Translations under genes and position numbers: made by a program
Source: Felis catus
Taxonomy: Eukaryota
DNA length: 64,000 nucleotides
Direction of reading: 5' to 3'
NCBI RefSeq assembly: GCF_018350175.1
Contig: NC_058369.1
Coordinates: 12,154,001 to 12,218,000, forward strand
The notes under the pieces: generated by a model
Told to the model about the DNA's origin: nothing
What the model saw: the letters and a program-made list of their open reading frames with translations, nothing else
Database searches by the model: none
Shown here: piece by piece, positions 48,036-60,400 of the stretch
How the letters are laid out: the number at the start of each line of letters is the position of its first letter
How positions within the stretch are numbered: position 1 is the stretch's first letter

Positions 48036-51000
48036 GTGGGGGTCGTGAGGGGCCCACCCCGCGTGGCTGCCAGAGTAGAGACCAAGAGGAGGGATCCACC
48101 CACGACAGGGCTGCCTGCTTCTGTAAACCAAGCTTTTCAGGTATGCCAGTGCCAACACGCTGTGCTGACTCGATCCCGTGTCCTCTGTGGCTGCTAGGAT
48201 AACGTGAGGCCTGCGGGGGATGAACACTGACTCTCTGGCCTTTCATGGGAAAAGCACACCCGCCCCTGATGTGGAGCGGGCACGGAGCTCGGACAGCAAG
48301 CAGGCGGTAAGCACTCACTTCTTCCTGCCATGCGATCAGGCCCTTCTGGGAGACTGGAGCCCCCCGGGGCCCCCACAAGAAAACCGAGGACCCTGGGCTG
48401 CAGCTCTCTGCTCTGATGCAGCCACTCAGAAGCCCTGTGTGCAGCACGGTGGCACCTGCAGCCTCCGGACGAGGGCACCTTCGCCTTGGACCGCTTCACA
48501 GGCACCCGCCCATCCCCCCTCCTCAAGCCCTCCTTTCCCAGCGTGGAGCACAAGCCAGGGGCCGCCCCCGAGAGAAGACGCACAGCCCCAGGAGATCCCC
48601 CTGTGGAGTGTACCAGGAGGCAGACTCCACCTCGCCTTCCAAAGCCCGTGCGGCAGCAGCAGCAGCCGAGGCCTGAGCGTAGGGGGACACACGTGCTCCT
48701 GAGTGAAGCCCGCTCCGGGAGCTCCTGGACACCAGGAAGACGGGCCCTCATCTACACACTGACCCAGTATATGCAAGGACCCCTAAGGCCACAGGCAGGG
48801 GTGCCCTGGGGGACAGCATCCTGAGGGTTGGGGACACAGGCTCAGGTTGCATGAGGACGGGATGCTAACCCAGTACGCATGGTCCTCGTGGCATGGCCAC
48901 TCCCAGCCTCTTTCCCATTGCCACTTCCGCTGTCCTAACCACCCGTACCGTCCGTCCTGCCCAGCCAGTCTCTCTCGCCTCGCCCTTCCCCGGCAGACCC
49001 CTCCCTCAGGGCTCACTCCTCCCCTGCGGGGTCTCCAACTGCCTTGTCCCCCTCCCGTGGCACCGATCCTTCCTGGTGTAGCCCCCAGCACACGAGGGTC
49101 AGCTCCTCCCAGGTGGGGCTCGGCAACTGCTGGTACAAGCAAATACCGCTCCCTGGCCCTGGTGGGGGTCCCTGTGGGCCCGGGGCTGCCGTACAAGAGC
49201 CACAGGACTGTCCTGAGGGACCTGAGGCCCTTTCGGGGAGCCCCGCTGGGGAGCTAGAGAAGAGTTCTGGCTTCCCTCCTCTGCAAGAGAGACCAATATT
49301 CACTGGTGCCCTCTTGGGCTGATTTTTTTCAAGTCAAAAACTAAAATGACAATGGACCAAAGAAGAAGATTCTAGTACAGGAAAAAGTACAGAGTTGCTG
49401 GGGACGGGCTGGAAATGCCAGGGCGCGGCACAGCCAAGTGGCCAGCTGCTTGACTTCCTGGAGCATTTCTCGCAGGGTCTGGTCCCAAGGGCAGACAGCG
49501 GAGTGGGGATAGAGGGGTCAGCCGACCCCAGCCCGGCCCCAAGCGTGAGGAGCACAACGGTCCGAATGTTCAAAGGCAGCGCCTACTCTGTGCTCTTTCC
49601 TTCTTTTAAATTGGGAACATCTCCCCACCCTGGTTCGGGTTTGTTGTGGTTTTTAAATTGCTTTTGGGGGTGGTGGTTCAGAATCCAGCCCACTAGGATT
49701 TCAAGCTGAGGTTTCTGACAAGCAGAGAGGTGATCGGGGAGATGAAAAGTGTCGTTCACATCAAAACTGCTGGGGCCTGGTCTTGCTCCGTTGCTGAAAC
49801 CGTTGTTATTTAGAAATCATGACTGCGTTAATATGAAACCAGGGCACATCAACTGCTCTTGATTTCAGAGGGGAAAAAAAAAAAAAAGAAACAAAACGGT
49901 TTTTTCTCGGTTGTCTGTTTTTGTGCTCGGGTGCAGAGGCTGAATTACTGGACCCGACACGTGCAAAATCGGTGGCGACTCTGGCTTGGCCTGACACCGT
50001 GCTGGCGACCAGAGGCTTTCTGCAAAGAAACGCACACCGTGACTGCCCTCGGTCCAAACTTCCTACTCTGCACCCCCATTTATTTTTAGCAGCTGCACTT
50101 TTCAAACATTCTGGGTGTAGTTCCTGCTTTTACATAACCACTTCTGCTAACGCCTTAATCGTTTTTCCGATTTTCTGAGGTGTAGTTTATCTCGAACGTG
50201 ACAAAGTCATTCTAAGCTGCCTCCGTGCCCCTGAGCCAAGTCACTGCCCGTTTTCTGCCTTTTCCACAACTCCAGGTGCCACAAGGAAGAAAAGATGCTG
50301 ACTGGAACACGGTGCAGAGGAGGCAACGGCCATCGTTTTTTAGAAAGGGCTGGAAAAGAAACTAACCAGGGTGACTCCCGACACATGCCATTTGGGAGGC
50401 GTGGGGTCACCACTCCTAGAGGGCTGCGCGGGGCGCCGCCTGACCCCTTGGCGGAGGGAAGGTGGTGAGCGAGGAGGCACCAAGCGACGACCCCCCGGGG
50501 GCTGGGAGCTGCGGGCATGTCGCCCACGGTGACTCTCCAATCCTCAGAGGAGTCCTCATTAACAGAGGACTGCAAGATTGAAGAAAAGGCAAAGTAGGGC
50601 TTATTTCAAACCGCAACAGTTTCAACAGCTACCCAAGCGGTGCACCGAAACCGCACACAGGACTGCCTTCGGCAAAAACAATACGAGCCCGATGGTTTAC
50701 CACAGTGTGTGCTGTTAAAAAAAAAAAAAAAACCAGTGGCCGGCTCCACCCTGGTAGAAATTTCTTTAATTCTCCTATTTAACTTTTCAAGGCCGTGTGT
50801 GCCACCCCCCTTGCCCCCCGAACCCTGGGCACCCGGGATCGGGGAAGCGGCCGGGCCCCGGGCAGGCGCCCCTGAGTCTCTGACATCAGGACTGCCCCCT
50901 TGTCACACCTTTCCCAACGCGCTTTTCAGGAAACCTCTGCCCGGGAAGGGTCCGCAAGAGCCCAGCCCGCCAATGGGAAAAATGACGGGCTTACAAACAC

Positions 51001-54000
51001 AGAAAACCGGGAATGCTCAAAACTCTTGATGGGAGGTAGATTCCCTTATTTGAAAGTCTTTACTTAGGAGGAGAGGAAGAGGTTTTGGGTGATTGAGGGT
51101 CTCGATGAACCTGAAGGGGAAAAATATCAAAAATGCACCGAAGTGTGAGTGCATTTTTCATCCCAACTGGACATTTGCTGGGCTCTATTTGTAAGATTCG
51201 AGGCCACAGCTGGAAAATGCAACTACGTTTCTAGAGCTGAGAGATAAATACAAAAACAAGAAAACACAACAACAAAAAAAAAAAAAAAAAGAAAGAAAGA
51301 AAAGAAAAGAAAAAAACAAAGGTTTGTGGTCAGGACAGCTGCCCCACCTTAGCTATTACCCTACACAACACAGGACGTTCACACAACTGCCATTTATGCC
51401 AACACGGGACACGTCCACACGGCTGCCCCTCACCCTATACAACAGGGGACCCTCGGGCGACTGCCCCTCACCCTCCACGGCACGGGCACCCACCCAATTG
51501 CCACGCTTCTGACTGTCACACCACAAGGGAGGACTGTGGCTGGTGAGGGGGCACTCTTGGCTTCTCCCTTCCCGCCCCCCCCACCCCCGCCCTCAGCAAA
51601 ACAGCTTCACCGGGGGCAGTGGGGAGAAAGAGAGAAAAAAAGCAGCCCGTGCAGAGCACAAGGCTTCAAATTCATAATCCCTCGGGAACCTTTGACTGAA
51701 AGAGACGGCTTTTCAACCAACACACTTCAGCGTTTCCCTCCGGCCCCCACCTATCTGGAGGGACGTGGGGGAGGCGAGGGAGGGAAGAAACCCACTTCTC
51801 CAACCGCGGCGCTCGGGACCAACTAACGGCTTGCAAGCGAGGAGCCCTGCAGATGCCAGCCGTGCTCGCTCTCACTGATGCACATGTGAGAGAAGGCAAA
51901 CCCCGCAGATCAAAGCCGTGCCAAGTAGCACAGCCCCGGCAGATAAAATCTGAGGTCCCCACCATCACAGCGTTGAGATTTTCCACTAAAAATATTTACT
52001 GAATTTTAAGAAAAATCTGCCTAATGCATTGAGGGGAACAGGATGAGGTTTGGTACTGAATTGTTGAGAAAAGCTGAACAAATATTTACTATTATCCACC
52101 AGGCATCTCCACAACTGATATGTTTTTCAGCCTCTACGGTGTCTGGGGTGGTCAAAGGTCATGGAATTGAGCTGGGTGACGACCCCGTGGATGTGGGGTC
52201 AACCCGCCATCAGAAGAGAGAGGAGAAAAGGGGGAAGGAAAGTGGCCACACTCTTTGGGTCCTCAAGACACACGTATCACTGAGAGAGAGGATTTTCAAG
52301 AAGTTTCAACAAAAGGCTCCCGACAGGGGCTAATTTAGTTCTGTGCCAAAGCAGGGAGAGGAGTTCGCGACTTACAAGTCAACTTACCAATCTGTCAAAT
52401 TACAGATCAGTCTTTACAACAAAAACAATACAGACTGCAGGTCTCATAGTTCTGCTTTTGCAAAAATCACATTTGTTCTTTGAATTTTGCCTTCGACACA
52501 CTCTGCTGGAACAGCCCCGTGCACCGACCTGTGCCAACCTCTCCCAGGGGCTCAGGGCGCCTTGGCAGGGGATGGGGAGACGCTCGTGGCTACGCAGCAG
52601 CCAGACGGGGGGGAGCCCTGGGTCTGTGCCACAGGGCCGAGGTGGCCCAGCCTCTGTTCGTCCCTACGGAGGAGCTCCAAAGCTGCCAAATCGCTACCTC
52701 GGCACGGGCAGAAAGGCGTCGTGCCCACATTTAACAAAATCACAAGTGTCATAGGCGGGTCTGAAAGACGGTTAGAAAGCGTGTGTGCACTGGAGGTGCA
52801 CAGCCCCCCAGGAGCTCCCTCCTACTGTGGGGGCAGCTTGGAAGGAGTGAGTCCAGTCTTAGCAGAACAGAGGACCCCCCCACTCTTGCTCTCTGTATGG
52901 CCAGACTCCCCCCTGCCCCACACGCACATGCTGTTTTTCAGCTGACAAAGGCAAAGGCAAAGGAATGACTCGGTGCTTTGAATCGAGAAATGAGGGGATG
53001 TGGGACCGTGGAGAAGTAGGGGCCACACCGGGCACACCTTCCTAGGCTCCTTCACGTCGCTCTAAGTGGAACCAAGGGGTTGGGGGAAGCCTGGCAGCAG
53101 GCACATGAAGCCCTCAAGATGGCTGGGAAGGGGGCGGGGGACCAGGGGCGGGGCAGTGGCTCCTATCCATTCACACCCACGGTCGGTGGCAGGATGGGCA
53201 GGGGGTCCAGGCTCCCTAAGCCCACACCCCACCCTGAGGCCCCACAGCCCCCCAGGAACTCGGATTCCTCTGCTCCGGGACCCCACGCCACTGAGCTACA
53301 GATGACAACTGTGTCACTCAACTCCCACTCAATCTTCCCTCCGGGGTGCAGGAGGGTGGGCGTGTGCTAAGATAGGCAAATGCTTCTATTTTCAAACTCA
53401 GCCAACTTTGCAGAGCAGAAATGCACCCCAGAGAACAGTCCATCTCCAGGCATTTCTCAAGGAAGAGGCTGAGAGGAAAAGGGCGTTTCTCTGTCTGCGG
53501 GGAGCAGGGTCTGCTGGCGAGCGCGTGCCGCCAGGGCGTCACCCCCAGCCCTGACACAGATGCTCGTCCCCCCCCCCCCCCGCTCCCACCCCAGCTGGCG
53601 GGGATGGCGAGCGGGAAAGGAGGGCTCCACCACCAGGCTGGGCGCCCGCGGCTCCGCTGCAGCACCCCGACCCAGGCTGGCCGGCAAGTGCCAGAATTTT
53701 CCAGGCTTCTTGAGATGGCGGCGAACCGCTCTTGTCCCATTCTAGAACTTCGCTTGTACCCACCGAATTATCTCTTTGAAATCATCGTGGGAACGGAATT
53801 AAAGTAGTTAGGTTCAAGGTTGAGGTGCTAACCGCACGGCTCAACTGGAGAAGCCATTTTAAAAGTGGATCTTGAGCGACAAACAAGAGGTCCGGGACCC
53901 ACACGGGCGAAGGACGGCCACCCCGGTTTCAGCCTCAGCCTGGCCTGTCAGAGCAGGTGGAGAGCCGAGCGTGCACACGGGCTGGTGCCGTGGAGGAACT

Positions 54001-57000
54001 CGGGGCTTCCTCCACGAGCCAGTCCCGCGGGCGGCTCACCCGGGACGGGCAGGGTGACCGCCCAGTGAGCGGGCTGGCCTGTGGGTGGGCGGCAGCCAGA
54101 ACCGGCCAAAGCAAGAAGCCACAGTCACCCTGCGTGGCGTCCACACACAGCTGTGGGAGGGGACTCCCGTTCCAGGGGGGACAGGACTGCTTTTTTGTTT
54201 TGTTTTGTTTTTTAATCATTTGACTCAAACAGGACTCAGATTAAATGCGATTTCATTTTCCCTGTGTCGGTTGGCGAACTGAGGGCAGGTGGGAGGGGAC
54301 CAAAAAAGGCAACCTGGGCATGTGCATGGCTTTATTGTGGAGGTGAAAAGGTCATTAGCAGTAATAAAAGGCTAATTAAATTGCGGAGAGGTTAAAGGTG
54401 ACTTGGGGGCGCCGCAGGGGCCGGGCAGGGCGCAGGGCTGCACTTGCAGGAAGTGGGGAGGGTGGGGCCGAGGGCAGGATCCCGCTATCTGTCGCTGGGG
54501 TGCGGAGGCCCAATCACTGACACCCACACAGCCATTTCCTGCCCTTGAAAAAAAATCTGTTTCTCCCTTTGCAAATCAACAACTTTTACCTAGAAACTCT
54601 TCAGCGGTGAGTTCTGACTGATCTCGGTCTCTGATCCGTTGCAGAAAATACACCATTGTTTACCTGGGGGAGGTGTGCGAGCACCAGCTTTAACTGACAG
54701 GTTTCAGAGGCTGCGAGCGGGGTCTGTTTTGCATCTGCCTGGAAGAAACCAATTCTCTCTACCAAGAACAGGCACCTGCTGCTTACTGAATACCTTGACA
54801 GACCTTTCTAGAAAAGAGCTCTGAGCACAGAGAACTCAGTGTGGACCCTGGAGCTCCAGGTGTCCCAGAGGGTGATTCTCAGTGGCCCGGAGGGCACGCT
54901 TTCTGGCTCGGGTCAAAATAGAACTGCATCTTTAGCAGCGAAAGCCGATGGCCAGCCGTGGGCTGCTCCAGTCACATGTACATGACACCAGAACTCTTTC
55001 ACAGGGAACCTCGGTGAGGCTCCCAGGTGGCCGGTCCCCCACCGTGATCGCAACAGGCTGACACTTAAATACGCGAGTTTACTGCACGTCAAACCTCAGT
55101 GGAGCTTTTAAGAACAAACAAAAACAACTCCCACAGAAGGTGAACGCTGCAAGATACGGCATGCGAGAGACGGTACCCAAAAGGCCATGCGTGACTCAGA
55201 CCCAAACGTGCACCCCGTCCCGCACAAACGACAAGAGCTGAGCTTCGCCAGAGAGGACCCTGGAGCCCTCTTTGAAGTTCAGCTACCCATGCTCTCTTTC
55301 AACTGCAAAGGTTTCTGCCAAACTGCAATCTCGTGGGGGAGAGGGTCCCTTGGTAACTCCCGGCGTGCACATGGCTGCCTCGGGCCCAGCTTCTGTCCGC
55401 CTCTGGGAAAGGAGCCTGTGGAAGAGGACCTGTGTCCTGGTCCCGGGACCCTGGGGAGGGGATGGGGACACACATCACACACATCACAGCGAGGGTCATC
55501 ACCGTGCAGGGCACTTTCTCCACACGGCCCCTGCTCGGCCAGAGTCGGTCCCATGTTCAGTCAGGGAAACCGAGGCTTGGTGAGGAGCAGGCACTCGCCC
55601 AGAGCCCCTCAAGGAGATGGCACAGCCAGAACGTGACCCTTGGTCCTTGCGCCAATGTCCAGAAACACGGACTGAGCCTGACCTACCATCCTGGATTCTA
55701 GTGGCCTCACATATCAGAGCCACCTCCAGGTGCAGAGACCTGGCAGAGTTCTAGACCCTACTACGGACGAGCCGTGCCTTCATGTTGGTTTCTGTGAGTG
55801 CAGGCACGAAGCCGTGAGTTTTGGTTTGTGGAAAAAACCGTTCTCGCCAGGCGGTCTGGACCGTCCACTTGGGATGTCCATGGAGCAGGGCTCCCTCACC
55901 AGGACCACAGGGCCCTCAGCAGCCGGGGACCCACTTCACCTTGCCCCCAAGGTGGGGCCACAGTGGGGCCTTCCGCAAGCTGGGAAGGCCCTTGAAAGTG
56001 ACCATGTGGTGTTCCCAGGTGGCAGTGGCCACCTCAGATGCCGTCCGGGTGGCCTTTCCACACGGCAAAAGGCCCGGTCAGTGAGAAGAGCGGAGAAGCA
56101 CATTCTGTTCCCTCACTTTCAAAAGGTTGGCCTTCGTTTTCTTAAAAAACAAAAACAAAAACAGAAAAACAAAATTTGGACATCTCCCTGGCTGCTGCCT
56201 CTTGTAAGCAGCCAAGAAAACACAAGTCGTGCCCTCTGTCCTCATAACAAACACTTTGAGCAGGACTGGCTCCAGACTCGTCCACTGACCTGTCCTGCTA
56301 ATAACCAGCTAACGCCCCCGACTGCTCCGGGGCTTACGCGGTCTCGCTCTGTGCGGTGTGGACGTGGAGGGGTGGTGTCAGGGTGCACATCCCCCCGCCC
56401 CAGATGCAATCATTAAACTGTCAACTGCTCAGTTCAGATGTCATGCGTGGGGTGCATCTACACGGCCGGCAACTTCCGTGTTGTTAGAGGTTAGTACGAA
56501 ATCGCAGCTGAGCCACCGCTGGAAGTGCTCAAACGACAACGCTCACACGGCGTGTACCTACCACCCAGCAGTGTGTACAGCACAGAGTTTTTCTGATCAG
56601 CCACTGCTTCTAGGTAAGAGAATCAGACGAGAGACATTTAGACCTCAACGCAGGTACGTCGCGGCCGTTACAGATCAAACACTGCGCACGCATCGCCCAT
56701 CTCCAGAGCACTCTGAACCTCATTCCAACTGTTGACAGGGATGGAGAGGCCCAGGGGGGGCAGGTCGCTGGGTCCAGGGCTGGCCCTGCTGCCACTTTGC
56801 TGGGTGACAGTGGGTGGCCCACGTGACCTCTCTCACTTCCCTTTCCTCTTCTGAGAAACGACCATCATGGTGCCCGTCCTCTCTTGGAGGTCTTGCTAGG
56901 TAAGCTGGCTAGGGAACAGACCCACAAGTGCTCCCTGAGGGTCTATGGACATGAACAGGATATTTGGGGCACCAGCACCTCACCAGCCACGGCAGAGCAA

Positions 57001-57309
57001 GGGTACGGTGGCCCAAAGCCAAGAGCAAAGCAGCCTGAGACTCCCCAGAATACAGGCCCAAACCTCTCCCAAATGCGGATGGCTTCTCTGCTTTCTAAGT
57101 CCGCGGTGCGCTACAAGCAGAAGCCCAAACGGGGCGCGGAGGCTTTGCAGAGGGTGACACGAGGGGGAAGGGGACAGTGAAGAGCAAGTTTAAACGCAGA
57201 TCCGGCACTGGTTCAAGTAAGGGGAGGAGGCGGAAATAAGAGTTTCCAAGAAACCCTGAGCGTGAAGTTCTGGAGCATCTCCTTGAGGCCCGACACCTCC
57301 TGCACTGTC

Positions 57310-57537
57310 CCGTGTACGAGCCCGTGTGTGCGTGAGAACGTGACGTGTGCGACGCACATGCAGGTGCGTGGGAGCACTGTGTGAGAACACATACAGGCGA
57401 GGGTGCACGGGAATGTGTGCATGTGTGCACACGCGTCTGCACGTGTGAGCAGCACGTGAGCATGTGAGCACGCACATAGGCACATAAGCGTGAACCCATG
57501 CGTGGGCGGGGGGTATGCAGGCGTGCGCACGCATGCT
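57310..57537. repeat. Degenerate alternating purine-pyrimidine tract (TG/CA/CG)
   Basis: gtgtgtgcgtg, gcacatgca, gtgtgcatgtgtgcacacgcgt, gcgtgcgcacgcatgc. Confidence 0.75.
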
Positions 57538-58748
57538 GTGGCTCCCTTCTTTCAGGTGGAGCACGGAGGCCTGATGACTTTCCATCAGGAGACTGTCAGG
57601 GTCCGCGTAGAGCCGCCCTGCAGGCGGGGCTCCCGTCCTCCTGAAAGCAAGCCGTAGCTCGCTCAGGTGATATGACAGGGCAGGCGGCCTCTTAAAAATA
57701 ACTTCCCCTCCATTCACCTCTGCTAAGAGGAGGACTTGGACAGGTGGACCTTGTGTGGGATGACTGGAGGGCCTGGGACCAATGACCAGCTGCAACTAGA
57801 GAGTTCCACGGGCCGCCGAGTGGAGCCCCAGGCGGACTGAAGGGCAGAAGCTAGCTCAGGCAGGACCAAGTTTCGAGGGAGCGTGTGGGTCTCCTATGGC
57901 CACCCACTCAGGACAGCGTCGCGGAGACTGCCTGAAGCCAGGGCAGCAAGAAAACAGTAAGCAGGGGTGGAGGAAGGGGCTAGGAAATTGCAGTGAATCC
58001 CTCTGCCACTCGAAACAACAGCTTTCTCCTTTCGAGTCCAGCAACCTGGCCTGTCAGCCTGTGGCCATCATATGAGACAGAGTCCCCACACAAGCTCTGA
58101 GTCCTTGGCCTCCTCAGGGGGACACCTGGGCCCTCTCCTGAGAGTGGGGCCCCAGGGGCAGGGCCGAGAGAGAGATCAGCAGCACCAGCCACAGCCAGGA
58201 CGGGCCAGGTCTACGGGAAGCCCCCTGCTTAGAGCTTTTCGGGAGCGACACCGGGCGGGAGCCAAGCAGAAGGGAGCCCAGAGCCACCTGCCTCCTCCTG
58301 CATCAAGCACGGCCAAAAGGACCCCACCCCAAACCCTACGCCGAGTCCTCAACCAGCAGGGAGGCACTGTATCGAGGGGGAGGCCTCAGCCAACTTGGAA
58401 AACAGCTCGGGTGGGAGGGGAAGCCAGAGGGGCCACCAGATCTTGACCACACACGCCACCACAAGGGCTGAGCCCTGGGCCTTCTGGAGACCACCCCGGA
58501 GGCCCACACTGAGCCTGGAGCCCAGGGGCCCCCAGGACAGGGTGAGGGTGGGTGGGGTGGGAGGCGTGCTCCAGGCACACACTGTGCACAGACCCAGGCC
58601 TAAGCGGTAGGGAGACCCTCTTGCGCCAAGTGTGGGGCCCCCGACATCTGCTCCACTCTGGTCTGGTGAACAGAGAAGCCCCTGGTCCCCCTACCGCCGC
58701 CGGCCTGCGACGGGGGGCGGGCGCTGCGAGAGAAGAAAGCGTACTGAC

Positions 58749-58881
58749 CGCTGGGCGGTTTAGGCCGCGGAGGAGCAGGTTTCTTCGGAGGCAGAGCGGG
58801 AGTGTCCTGTTTACTTTTAAAGGGGTCATCTGGGAATCCTGCCCCTCCAAAGGAGGAGGTGAAAGGACCAGAAGTTGGGGG
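58749..58881 (-). CDS. EPS15L1: EPS15L1 internal exon, 133 nt ([45 protein letters not shown])
   Basis: Minus-strand acceptor ctcttacag|CCC and donor G|gtcagt; DPF motif and PALPPKK SH3-ligand motif typical of the Eps15/Eps15R C-terminal region; in ORF 58600..58953. Confidence 0.93.
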
Positions 58882-60284
58882 CTGTAAGAGAGGACACGAA
58901 AGAGAGGCAAAAATAATCGTTAAAACGGAGGCAACGGATGTCCATTCAGCCAACGCTCACGTACCGAGAGCCTCGGCGAGGCCCCCAACCCTCCGGGGCT
59001 CTGCGGCACGGCCCCACGGGGACCCGGGTCTCTCCCAAGACCCCTGCTTTCCTCCACCCTCAACAGCCAGGGTCCTCTGGCCTGTGACGGGCAAGCCAGC
59101 GAAGAGAGAGCAGGCGAGAGCCGCCCTGTGCCTTGATGGGCTGATGTCACAAGAGGGGTGTGACCTGCCACACGCACCATCCTACCCACACAGGGACACT
59201 GAGTCTTTCCTGACCCCAGGGTCCCCTGGGCCTCCTGCTCATGCTTCAGAGATGGGCCCCGCCCAAGCCCTCGCAGTAGCTGCAGTCCCTTCCGTGTGCC
59301 GCCTCTGGGCTGAGCACCGGGTCAGAACGGCAGCGGAGCACCCCCTCGCCCCCAGGTGGCCCGAGGGTGCTGCTGCCCCGCCCACTCCGGCCGGCACCGG
59401 CTCAGCTGCCTCTGCCAGGCTCCTCTCACCTCCAGCACGGCCCTTCCACCCCCACCCCCCCACCTCAAATGCAACTCAGAGCCTCCCTCCCAGTGAGACA
59501 GATGCACAGGTGGGCTGGGGGGTAGAGGGGACAGGTAGGTGCACAGCAGTCTGCAGCCCCAGTGCCCACAGGTGGCCTCTACAGCGCTCTTCAAGGTACA
59601 GGGGGACTTCGGCAGTGCCCCCCCACTGCCCGATTTTTCCACCTCATCCCTGCGGCCGCCCCATCCCCTTGACAATTCCCCGGTCCCTGGAACTCCTTGC
59701 GCCCCGCTGCACACAGGGTCTCCAGCTGGGACAAGCTCTACCTCATCCACCCCGATCCCCTCTTGTTCTCAGAGACTGACCGAGCCTCACCGCCGCCCCC
59801 AGAGTCCTTTCTGCCAACTGTGCCTGCCTGATATCCTGGTGGGACGCCGCAGGACACACACCACCGTGCGCAGGCACGGGCCCCCGCCCAGGTGGTGGGG
59901 TAGCACCCGTGGCGGGCCGTGACGCGTCTCCGTGGGCAGCTCATGCGCAGAGTGCCAGTAAGGTGCCGGGCCACGACAAACCCCCAGCGGCAGACGGACG
60001 AGCTGCAGATGGGCCAGCGCAGGTTTTGGGTGACAGGGCCTGAGTCCTCCCTCCTCTGGGATCCAGTCATGGCACACAGCTCCCCCTCCCCTGGGATCTG
60101 AGCACAGGGACAATGACGTGCAATCCCCGCCCCAGGCACAGTCACAGACACCAGGCTCCAGTGGGGAAGAGGTGGCCAGCCCACGAGAGGGACATCCTGC
60201 TGGGCAATCCTGGTCCCCTCTACCAGCCCTCTGAGGCCTCCAGGGTGGGAGATGTTGGCTCCTTGCTAATCTTCTCATCTTCCC

Positions 60285-60400
60285 AACAACCGCTTCCGTT
60301 TTACACACAGGGAAACTGAGGCACAGAGAGGCGATGCAGCCTACAGCCACAGAGCACCTCAGTGGTGGAGTCAGGGAGTTAGGAAGCCATGTCATCTGCC
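60285..60400 (-). mobile_element. MIR fragment (other MIR cores near 2260, 7620, 12780, 12950, 17980, 21970, 23950, 34190, 37150, 60870)
   Basis: cgttttacacacagggaaactgaggcacagagagg is the MIR core motif. Confidence 0.6.

Noticed and set aside
55730..56416. 228-aa plus-strand ORF (and 238-aa ORF 40442..41158)
   Set aside because: Intronic, no domain or splice support, includes translated simple A-rich or C-rich runs.
58802..59779. 325-aa plus-strand ORF
   Set aside because: Antisense to an EPS15L1 exon and intron, composition typical of GC-rich noncoding DNA, no recognisable domain.
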